Positions 53,601 through 64,000 of a stretch of DNA of 64,000 bases are shown here, piece after piece. The stretch covers positions 124,001-188,000 of the forward strand of contig JAQGDQ010000149.1 in assembly GCA_030141605.1 (NCBI GenBank), in the 5' to 3' direction. Source of the DNA: Tubiluchus corallicola (lineage: Eukaryota; Animalia; Priapulida). The number at the start of each line of letters is the position of its first letter. Positions within the stretch are counted from its first letter, which is position 1. Under the pieces are notes generated by a model that saw nothing but the letters and a program-made list of their open reading frames with translations, did not search any database and had not been told where the DNA came from. Made by a program: the position numbers and the translations under genes.

Positions 53601-54291
53601 TGCTTTAGCCATTCTCTTAGAAAGACGATGCTTGATTAAGCTGATCATAAGATAGCATAATGAACAACTCGTCTTTTCGATAAGAAGATTGTGGCTTATC
53701 TACCGAAGATTTTAGCTAATTCGGCATGAACTATTTGGTCGAGGGATTCTCTGAACTCAAGATGAAGGATCAAAAATTTGGTTCCATCAATAAATGTGAA
53801 TTTGTTCTAGCATATTCGTTCACGGGTTAGGTTAAGTTTAGGTTTTTAGGTTTTTTTTAGAAAATGACGTCAATGCCGACTCTATGAATTCACGATGGCA
53901 AATCGAAAACCTGACTCTGTCACTCGGTGCATATAATTTATTCCAGTATATTCCTATAAAACTTCGTGACTGGCTGTACGCATCGGCGAAGCCGTGTTCT
54001 TTTTTGAAAATGCTGTTATTGCTGCCATCTTGAATTCTGCAAACTTCAGATCAAAAACCCTACTCCATCAGTCGATGTACTATTTGTTTTAGTATGTAAA
54101 ATTTCATGATTATCCGTTACGATTTGCCAGAACCTTTTTCGAAAATAATGTTATCGCCGCCGTCTTGAATTCAAAATGGCAGATCGACGGTCCGACTCCG
54201 TCGGTTGATGCAGAATACGTTGTAGGTGAAGTTTCATAACAATCAGTTGCAAATTCACAAGGTGTTAGGCTTTTTTCAAAAGGTCCTTCTG

Positions 54292-54428
54292 CAACAACAA
54301 CCACAACAGCAGCAACAACAGCAACAGCAACAGCAGCAACAACAATAATAACGACGACGACAGCAGCAGCAGCAGCAACAACAACAATAGCAGCAAGCGC
54401 AACAAGAACAAGAACAACAACAACAACA
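54292..54428. repeat. Imperfect (CAA/CAG)n trinucleotide microsatellite
   Basis: Directly visible; explains the poly-Leu pseudo-ORF. Confidence 0.9.
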
Positions 54429-54517
54429 TCCGAAATGAGTAACAGTTTGGATCGAGTAACTCGACCAACAATATGGTATTCGTTGGTGCCCGTAAAATTA
54501 TTAGGGTAAAACCAGGG

Positions 54518-54685
<168 letters not shown>

Positions 54686-55920
54686 CTTTTAGAGAGACGT
54701 ATTTTATTTTCAATCGTTAATAAAAGCCCTACTTTAGGTTTGAGTTATTTGTTAGAAAGCTGTAAAGATGGTTGTTGAAGACATTGTGCTTTGTCGTGTC
54801 TTATATCCACTGCATGCAAGTGTCTTGCCTCGTAGCTTACAAACATAACAAATAACGACTGCTCGGGGATCAGCACTCCAACACGTTATTTTTCGAAGTA
54901 ATTATTTGAAAAATTGACATTTAACTCTCCCGTCCTTGGATGTAAACGACAATGTAACAAAGTTTATCCTCACTACCAGCTGCCACGCCCAGTAAATTTT
55001 TCTGATATAATGTGTACAAGACAGTGCTGTGATGGGTGCAAAACAGCAACCACGGGATTATACAAGTTATTGACATATTAAACACTATAAGCCTTTCGTG
55101 AGACAGATTATGACAATTGTATAGATGTAATGAAAGTGAAATTTCAATTTATAAAAGCATAACTGGTGGGAATCAGGGCATTTCTAATAAAAACACGATC
55201 TAGTCCAGTGAGTGAAATTATTAAGCAAACAGCCCCGCCTGATACACAAATATTTTATTTTCAACAGCTAACTGACTTTTGTGGCTATAAGAACGAACTT
55301 GACTATTGTTACCGTTATAAGATCCTATATTATTGTGATAATTAAGTATTAAGTAATGATATCGCTGGGTAACTTCTTAACAAAACGAAACTTGCTGCAT
55401 ATTTAATGAGTCTTTTGAGAAAGGTCCAAGCATTATGAACCACAAAATGATTAATGTTTAGTAGTTAGTGCTGAATATACACAGTCTTCGGCAATAGATC
55501 TGTCCGTGTTCGTATTCTGAAAAGCATGCGTGGATTTTTCATTGCACCGTTCAATGTTCATTCCTATCGTGAACTCAAATGGCTTACGTCAAATAGTACC
55601 GGTGCAAAAATTAATTCGAGAATAATAAAAATATAGACCCACATAGATTATTTGCGCAAATAAGGATTAATAAGCTAACACTTATATAATGATTAATACA
55701 TATACACACGAGATTAATCCCGTTTCCACTGCTAGATTTATCAAGGCTGGCAGTACGTCATGATAATTATTTACAAAAACTGCTTGAAAATTAAGAAAAT
55801 GTAAAGAATTAACAATTAAATTAATAATGTAATTAATTATTAAAAATGATTTTATAACCGCATTTATAGTCCTATTTGGTACGTGACCCCATTAAGAGCT
55901 GGGCAGGGGTCAACTGTATA

Positions 55921-55927
55921 TGTGTGT

Positions 55928-55965
<38 letters not shown>

Positions 55966-55968
55966 TGC

Positions 55969-56005
<37 letters not shown>

Positions 56006-56018
56006 TGCGTGTGTGTAT
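55921..56018. repeat. Compound (GT)n/(GC)n microsatellite
   Basis: Directly visible; a 40-bp unit containing GCGCGCGCGCACGTGCGT is duplicated. Confidence 0.95.
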
Positions 56019-57014
56019 CTTTACAAGCTGCGGTGAACTTGAACTTAATAATTTGTCTTACAGGGCTTACAAATGTGTCATGTCAGACTCACGGCTAACT
56101 CTCTAAGTTGCTTAGTTTCTGCTCTTGAAGTTTTTGGGCTTTCAAATATTAACCTGAAATAATGGTACTGCTTTCTGACGTTTTTATTTTTGTTACTATT
56201 TTCGCACCCGTTTTCAGCAAAACGCCATATAATTAAGACGCAGCATTACACACTGATACCTTACATTAGCATGTTATGTAGGCCTATTTGATAAATAAAT
56301 TAGCCTATATAATAACAGCACCTCAATGAAACAGATAGATACAATAGAAGTTATCCTTGACTATGGGTGCGGAATATTTACGGTAGCATCAATTTAGGAA
56401 GTTGCGTGGGTGGATTTGATGAATAATCCTGAGATGTCCTCATTACCCTGAATGGCAGCACTGCTGTTATAGCTCAAAGTCCAAACAATGCAATTGTGTC
56501 TTTTGAATAGGATACATCTAAAATTATTCACTGGTGTATATTGATAATAATGGTTAAAATGGCTGATAAGTTCAAAAGGCTTTTAAAAATTTTGCACCCG
56601 CAAACTTGTGTCTCTGAAAGTGAAAAATGCGTTTTCTTACACATTTTATAAAGATTTCAATGTAAGACTTAATTTGCTTTTTATTATTAAGTGTTATTGT
56701 GTTCAATATTTTGAAAACTAAGATCAAATATTGTGATACCCCGATTTCAACGCATAACTGCCGTTTTCTAGAAAAAATGAGGTGTGAAGTCAAAGGGAAA
56801 TTTAAATTCGCAAAAGAAGCGGATATATCCGTTTAGCTCTCTTGTTGTAAATATATATTATACCAGTAAAGGAAGACAGAATGATTTTTCCTATCCTACG
56901 CCATTTTGAAGTACGGTAAAAAATATACATCTAACACCAATAATACTGCTAAAGCGCTTTTGATAATTAAATAATAGATAAAAATCTTAATTAATGGCGG
57001 GCGAGCCCAATTAT

Positions 57015-57830
57015 TCGTCATCATCATAATCATCATCTCCGGAGTCACGCGTCCTTTGACATGACCCTTGCTATCACTTCAGACCTCGCTGCCCTGTCAC
57101 CTGCAACTTCCCATGTCTCTGTATTTTTGATATCTAATGGTGTGCTGTTAAAATCTTTTTGGATGAAATTGATGTAAGTCAGCAGTTGTCCTCCTTGTGG
57201 TTTGTTTTCTTTCCGCAATGCTTTTTTGATGGCCAATTTTAATGGACTGTCACCTGATAGTCGTATAACGTGTCTTATCATCTTAATATGCTCCTTTTGA
57301 TTTTAAATATCCATTTCTCTGCATTGACTTTATTCTACAGATCTTGGTTTGATATTTTCTTTAGCCATTTTATTACTAGTATGCCCCTGTAGTTTTTTCT
57401 TTGAAATACATTTCAGATTTGTGATGTATTTGATTATCCACATTTCTAAGTTGTAGAGAAACACAGTATCTACAAGTGCAGCAAAGATTCTTAATTTTCT
57501 TTCTAGGCTGATTCCTTTCAAATTTTTTTGTTAATTTGAAATATGCAGCTAATGCTAAGATTTTTCTTCTTGATTATCTTCATCTGTTGCTAGAAGACTG
57601 CCTAAGTACATTTTCTCCACGCATTATCATCATCATCATCATCATCATCATCTCCATTCCTTTTTATGTGATACTCTTCTGTTTTATTTTTATTTAATAT
57701 GAGGTCAATTTCTTTTAATTTTGTTTTTATTTTGATTTGGTGTCATTTATTTCATCTTTAGTTCTTGCTATTCAGGTAATGTCATGAGTATATTGCAGGT
57801 CTACGGTTGTAGGATACTTCGTTTTATTAG
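57015..57830 (-). mobile_element. 5'-truncated RTE-type LINE (3' end)
   Basis: Minus strand: degenerate YADD (DLQYTHDI), YLGSLL, ISLERKLRIFAALVDTVFLYNLEMW, RHVIRL..DSP.K.A...GGQLLTYI...DR, then a (GAT)n tail at ~57015..57040. An internal (CAT)n run lies at 57625..57650. Confidence 0.8.
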
Positions 57831-57885
57831 CAAAACTGTGTTCTAATTCCGTTCCCAACAGCAACTATTGTAATTTCCAACTATT

Positions 57886-58319
57886 GATGACATCACAAAC
57901 GAACATAATTTTTAACAGCTTAAACCTTCCGTGAGCGTGGTGCACGGTTTGCGAAAGGGAAAATTGAAGTACGGTGCTACTGTAAGAGATTCAGCGTTTT
58001 TAAGATAAAAATTCAAGTTCAAATTTACCGCTGTGATCACGCATGAACTGTTGAACGCGGGCAGTACGTCAGAAACGAACATTTCTGAATTGAAAGGTAC
58101 AGTACCTGTTTTTTGTGCAACGCGTTTCCGAAACACAGGTGCTAGTGCCGTTCTAACTAGCGAATGGCAAAATGCATGTAACGGCGAAGAATTAATCACG
58201 CGAACGCAAAATTGTGTTTGTGTGATAATAATTATTTCATGTAAGTCATTTTTGAAAAAATAGTATGTTTCCTTTCAATATTTTAAAGAGTAGATTGGTT
58301 TGACCTGCAGTTTAAGATT
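57886..58319 (+). repeat. Dispersed repeat copy 2 (see 53156..53600)
   Basis: Colinear match to 53156..53600. Confidence 0.85.
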
Positions 58320-59319
58320 GGGTCCGGTTTTCCTTTAAGCTCAGGCAACAGTTCTACAAGCTTCCTGGTTTTTCTTTTCCCCTCTTCTCCGTTACAAAAT
58401 TATCAACTCATGCTCTATGTTCAGAAAATTAAAAGCTATACGTGGTAATATAAAATGCCAATGAAATTTAGGCAGCAGTTTATTTTGGAAAGCAAAATCT
58501 CACATGGCATTGCCGGACTGATGGTCAGTTAACCCTAAGCATTGGTGGTGACACGTGTCCGGGATATTCGGCGAAAAAGATGTCGGCCAATAAAACGTTT
58601 CTAATCTGCATCACGGGAATGTACAATTTCACATTCTGCATGTGTCAATTTATGAGAAAACTCAGTATCAACATTGTTACTGTAAGTGTTAGTACAAATT
58701 TTTTTAAAGCAGTTTAGCACTCTGCAAGTCGGGATCGAGCATTCAGAAATAAGGTCTACTTCAAATAGTTGATGCGGGACCGGAAAAAATCTGATTAACA
58801 AGCATAATTCTCGAAAATGAGCCAGTGGGCCGGAAGAGGCGCCTTGTTATTTTCGCTGTACAACCTTTTTCGACAACGTAGATAGCATGGGGAAGGGCAC
58901 ATAAACCCGTCTAGCAACCAATATCAGCAAATAAAATACTTAATATTAAATGGCATGGCCACAAAACGTTTATTTTATCTAGACAATGTAAAGAAGCTAA
59001 AAAGTTAATCGCAATACATGTAATGTACTTCGACATGCTGTTAGTATAACTAATTATAAATGTAGTATAAGTGGGCAGTTTCTAGGATACATAACATTCG
59101 AAATTATGAAATCATAGCCAGAAAGTCTTCTGCACCTTTAGTTAGGCAACTTCGTACGATGTGTATATACTCTGAAGCGATGTATGCAGTATCTTTTTCT
59201 GTAGTTGCGGTTATTGTTCTGATTTAATTAACGTCTATGTACCGAATATTGTATGTATACATAGCTATGATGTGTATAAAATAAACAGTTGTATATGAGA
59301 GGTGGCACTCAAGGGCACG

Positions 59320-59500
59320 TCCAGTACCAGTTTTTCCGGTGTCCATCCATTTACTGACCAAGGTCAGCACTTCTCCCCTTGCTCTTCGGAGTACAAGCAG
59401 CTGCACCTGGTCTCGTTTACCAGATCTTCCTCCCTTGATTTTTATTCATTCATACAGTAACAGATCTTCCTCTTCCTATGATGCACAGCTGACCAGCGCT
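59320..59500 (-). mobile_element. Possible Gypsy integrase zinc-binding region remnant
   Basis: EDLLLYE...QVQLLVLRRARGEVLTLV...TGKT resembles the G.LYR...QLVVP..R.EVL.LAH...KT pattern; decayed. Confidence 0.35.
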
Positions 59501-61489
59501 GAGAATGTTTTTAAAAAGCTTCGGTTTTGCTTCGGGAAATTCATTTTGCAAAGTACGAATCACATTCTGTCTGCACAACGTCTAATCACGACTTTAACGT
59601 TTTGTCATATGCATGACGCTGTCAGGAAAATTACTAAAATCTTTCAGTGAGTCTTGTCTACAGCAAACGAGATCTAAACGTCTCTTTACCAGCAGATTTT
59701 AGTAAAAATTGGAACAACTTTGGTAACTAAAATCTTCAGACATTGAAAATTAATGGTGATTGGGTAACACACGAGTCAGGTGATTGATTTGGTCGGATTT
59801 CCGGTTTAGTACAGTTTCAACAAACCTTTCGAGAGATAGTTATTTCAGAAAAAATAAACAAAATACGTATGGTAACTATATTTATTAAGTCAGTTTAGAG
59901 GTGTTTCGTATTTGGCGCTTTCATATGGTCAACTGTCATTTAATCGATTTCCAGTCAAGATAGAATTTGTGTCAAATTTTGTCGTTGATGTACTGAGGTA
60001 CGTGTTTGTTTCTATTGAGGAGCTCAGGAAGTGGGATGTTAAGAAATGTCAGGATAGTTCGTCGTTGCGGTCGACGGTGTTGTACCCGAATATTGCCGAT
60101 CACGCGAAGAACGTGCCCATTGAGTCCAGAACGCAAACGTCAATCGACGGATTGACGTGAGAAACTTTCTATATTCAATAATCAGCTACTTCAAATCACT
60201 AAAACAACTAAAAATTAAACTTTAATTTATTATCTTTGTGTATTAAGATTTCAATTTTCTAGTATTGGTAGGTAAATCAGGAGTAGTAGAATTGAATAAG
60301 GAGATTAGTTGCTTGTCATTTATAAACGTCGGGCAGCTATTACGTTCTGCACAGGTAGGCCACAGACGCAATAGTTAGGAAACTTTAGCTTAATTGAAGT
60401 ACAAATACCTCCCTATAATAATTACCTATAATTTTATACGCGCAAAGGCCAAACCCTTAAGAGACAATAGTGGCATTTTGTGCAGTGATTGTTCAGCATG
60501 TTGATTTACCCCGTTATTATCGCCGTAATTTAGCTTTATGTGTAGTCATTTTCTAGTATGAAGGACGAAATGTGAGTAATGATGACTTTTGACTTACTGC
60601 GCACCACTTGCCCACGTTTTGCAGTGATGAAACATAAATCTGTCTTTGTAATCAACCAGCTGTGGATATTAGAAATTAATGTCATAGAATGTGATTGTAA
60701 CACGTATGCAACTTATAAAAATAATTTGTTATAAAACTGAATTTAGTTTGTTGTACCACCAGGTCACTAAATGCTTGTTTTTAAAGCGGTCCACAGTTTA
60801 GGGCATATAAATGTCTGTGCAATGTACAAAAATAATCTAAACAACATGCTTGCGCCAGCAATGGTTTCTACTTCCGAGAAAATACCATTTGTAAAAATGT
60901 GTGAAGAAATCTTGGAAATAAACATGGTTAGTTGTCAATGTGGATGTTGCTATAATTTCTGAACGGGCAAACCACCACTATAAATATTGTTAACGGGTAA
61001 GTGATTTAAACAAGAAGAAAAAGGCATGTTATGTGTACTGCAGATATTTCACGAGTTATAACAGTTACCTGGATTTTATAAAATACTGCCGGTTTTGAGA
61101 TATATGTATTTACAAAAATAGTTCCGAATCATTATTAGTATTGCTATATTGTTTTCCTTGTTAAGCTTACAAAGTGATCCTTACCCGAACACCATATTCT
61201 ACACATGCTAATGATGTCCGTTTTTGCCATACAACTTGTTACCATATTGTAAGTGTGAGCAGAAACCAAGTATGATTAACACTGTAAACAACCAACTTTT
61301 AAAACAATGACGTATTTACTCTGAAAGTAGCAGCCAATAAAATGTGTCTCGTGACTATCTATATAAGTGTTTTAAAGTGAGCTGTGTAAGCCTTTTATCC
61401 GCGAGAGCTAGCGTCGCGGATCTAGGACACTGATATTTCATAATTTCATGTGTTAGGCACTCAGTTTTTCATTTTTAAGTTAACTCATG

Positions 61490-61760
61490 TTAACTTGCAA
61501 ACGCACAGGGCTAAAGTCACGAAACTTACGGGGAGATAGCTGGGATAGGGGTATTGAAAGTGGTTTGGTGCACGGTGATCTCGATTAAAAAGTCAAGGAC
61601 ACTTAACACGAATTAGTTTTTCGATTGTCATTATACTCTTCCCAGGGCTTTGAGTTAATTTCAAAACCTTTTCCGGAAGTATTTAGGTATTGCCGGGTAG
61701 ATGTGTACTTGGCCTTTTAAAAAGCTGGTACTGTTAAGGGACCGAGACAGGATCTAATAG
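61490..61760 (+). mobile_element. Further copy of the Helentron/DINE-like family
   Basis: AAGTATTTAGGTATTGCCGGGTAGATGTGTAC...AAAAAGCTGG matches 13944..13993. Confidence 0.5.
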
Positions 61761-62209
61761 TCAAAGATAGGGCAAATGGCTTTGTCCCTCAAGTCGTAAT
61801 ATTAGATAACTCCAAAACTACGTAGAATAACGAAATTTCAAATTAGTCACGAGCATGTGCGCACTGGTTAGTCATATTTGAGCGAAAATAATCTACAAGT
61901 ATTGACATCTTCAATTACGAGTTCCTCACACTCGACCAGGTATAGCCAAGTGTAAACACGGTAACGTCGTTACACGCGTGGATTTGGATGTGAATCCACT
62001 CAGTTTGTTTCAGATTGTCAATAGCTCTGTTTCTTTTGACTAAGTGAAAAAATGCATTTGTGCCTTAAATAAAAATTAAAAAAGGTAGGCAGGCAAAAAA
62101 GGATCAGAGGATTAACCTATATAGGGTCGTCAGTTAGGCTTACAAACATTTGATTCACACAAACATATTACATGGTGCAATGATAGTAGTGGCGTTTATT
62201 AACTGTGTA

Positions 62210-62410
62210 ATGGCACGTTCAGACTTCTCTCGCAACTTGTTGCGCAATTTCTCTCTGAGAGAAGTTGCCAAGCTGTTCATACGTTGCAGCCAGTTGCAAG
62301 AGACGTTGCCAAACCGTTTACACATTGCAACTTTACTCTCGGAGAGAAGTTGCGCAACATCTATACTCTCGGATTTGTAGCGTCTTTATAACAGTCTAGA
62401 AATGAGTCCG
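62210..62410. mobile_element. Palindromic MITE-like element (PIF/Harbinger style)
   Basis: Inverted GTTGCGCAATTTCTCTCTGAGAG / CTCTCGGAGAGAAGTTGCGCAAC with multiple GTTGC subrepeats. Confidence 0.45.
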
Positions 62411-63217
62411 ACTGAGACATTTTCTTTGCTCAAATATTAATGTTTGACTGATGGTACAGCTGTTTATGCTTGTTTGCGCAAATTCTACTAAAGCTGTTTA
62501 ATAATTAATGATATCCGTATCTTATACGTATAAAACATTGATCAGTATTTGATCAGTGAAGGCATAAAGCTTAGAGGCGTTACTTAAAGCAGATTGTAAT
62601 GCGTATGTAGTGATGTTAAGTTCTGAAACCAAACTTGAGACAAGAAATGTGAAATGTTGGTATGCAGTCTGGATTTGAACCAGGGACCTTCTGCTTACCT
62701 GCAGTCCAAAGTTCATCACTCACAGCTCAGCTTTCTAATAAACTTGACACTAAAATTATAACAACTAATTACGCATAAGTAGTTAACTGTCTGTGCACAA
62801 CATTTCGATAGGCGATTTCAGCTCAGAAATCTCGTTTAGCAAATAGCATTTTTCTAAATCAAAACATATTCAGTTTTGATTTTTTTTAATTTTAATAAAA
62901 TGATAAAAAGGCAAGAAAAAATAAAAGAAATGAAGGAACGAAAAACAGTATTTGAAAAATTTGTCCAAATTTAGACCCCTTTTTCTGATAATCACATTTC
63001 CTTCCTTTTGGTCTTACTTTGTTTTAAAAATTTTGTAATTGAAGATTTATACTCGATCATTAGGTGATATTTAAGGAATTAAAATTACTTTAATATAAGG
63101 ATTATGCCTAAACTAAAATAATAATAAGCACCAATTACTTAACAGTTGTTAGAGATCTGGCATCTTGAAGTGCTGTAAATTATTAGGATTGAATGAAGGC
63201 CTATATCTTGTTCACAA

Positions 63218-63272
63218 GGCGCTGTGTGGTTAAGTGATCACGTCGTAAATCAAAGGTCTTGGTTCAATCCCG
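63218..63272 (+). mobile_element. tRNA-derived SINE head (another lies on the minus strand at ~62668..62730)
   Basis: A-box-like GGCGCTGTGTGGTTAA and B-box GGTTCAATCCC at tRNA-like spacing; no complete cloverleaf. Confidence 0.45.
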
Positions 63273-64000
63273 AATTTTTGGCATTTCATAATTTTATAAT
63301 TGTGAACTCATTTCATTATCAGCTTGAAAATTAGCTCTTTTTGTTTGGCTTAGTGTTTATGGCACATGGTTTCTCACGGTCTCGGAGTAATTGCGATTAC
63401 CATCATCATGCTGCATACTGTCATTATATTCCAGCGAACCTTGTTCTTAATCTGCCCATAGCCCTCCCACGATTGTGTGCTCTTTTAGCTTTCAATTTCA
63501 TTTTGACATACATTTTTAGCTGCAGTGATAGCGCTTGGTAACTGCACAGGCAAGTTACGCTCTGATTACTGAAGATTACTGCTACCAGTAAGTGATGTTG
63601 TAATCACCACGGTATACAATACTTTCATTCTTGCCTGCTTTACTCTCCTTGCAACTAGTCCACTGACATACATACATACATACACACCTTGTGCGCAGCA
63701 GAATAATTATGAATGCATCTGTCATTCGCCTGTGGTTACTAAATTCGGCATTAAACTTCTTTAGTACTAATTAACCAGCACAATAGCCACTGTTTCACTA
63801 AATGGTCTTGACATTAACTTTAATTAGCGCTTACTAATGCTAATTAGCGGCACGTCGTGTGAAATAAGCTGCCAACAGCAGTAATTGCTATCATCATTTT
63901 CCCGCTAAAAATTTTATCACTTTAATTAATCCCATTGTTTTTTTTGCAATTTTGTGCAATGAGATACCATAGTAAATTCAAAAGTATATTTGTACTTTCT

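Noticed and set aside
63218-63272. Functional tRNA genes here and at ~7762, ~15910, ~46807 and ~62668
   Set aside because: Only A/B-box remnants with no acceptor stem or cloverleaf; treated as SINE heads.

Overview
AT-rich, intron-rich eukaryotic DNA, most likely an invertebrate animal. The left ~45 kb holds four spliced protein-coding genes that I reconstructed by hand with GT-AG junctions and consistent phases: (1) the 5' part of a class II cap-binding protein gene eIF4E2/4EHP (minus strand, runs off the left edge); (2) a complete 9-exon RagA/B GTPase gene (minus); (3) head-to-head with it, a 10-exon extended-SDR NAD(P)H-dependent aldehyde reductase (DFR/CCR-like) gene with an unusual ~160-aa acidic tail (plus); (4) a 4-exon EIF1AD gene (plus). 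The introns carry a 1.3-kb foldback inverted repeat, a decayed LINE, a BEL/Pao LTR fragment and MITEs. They also hold a six-copy 331-bp tandem duplication spanning an exon/intron boundary, which may create new in-frame 42-nt exons. The right ~19 kb shows no recognisable host gene, only transposon debris and microsatellites. Most entries in the supplied ORF track are spurious. All homology calls are from recalled family motifs, not database searches.
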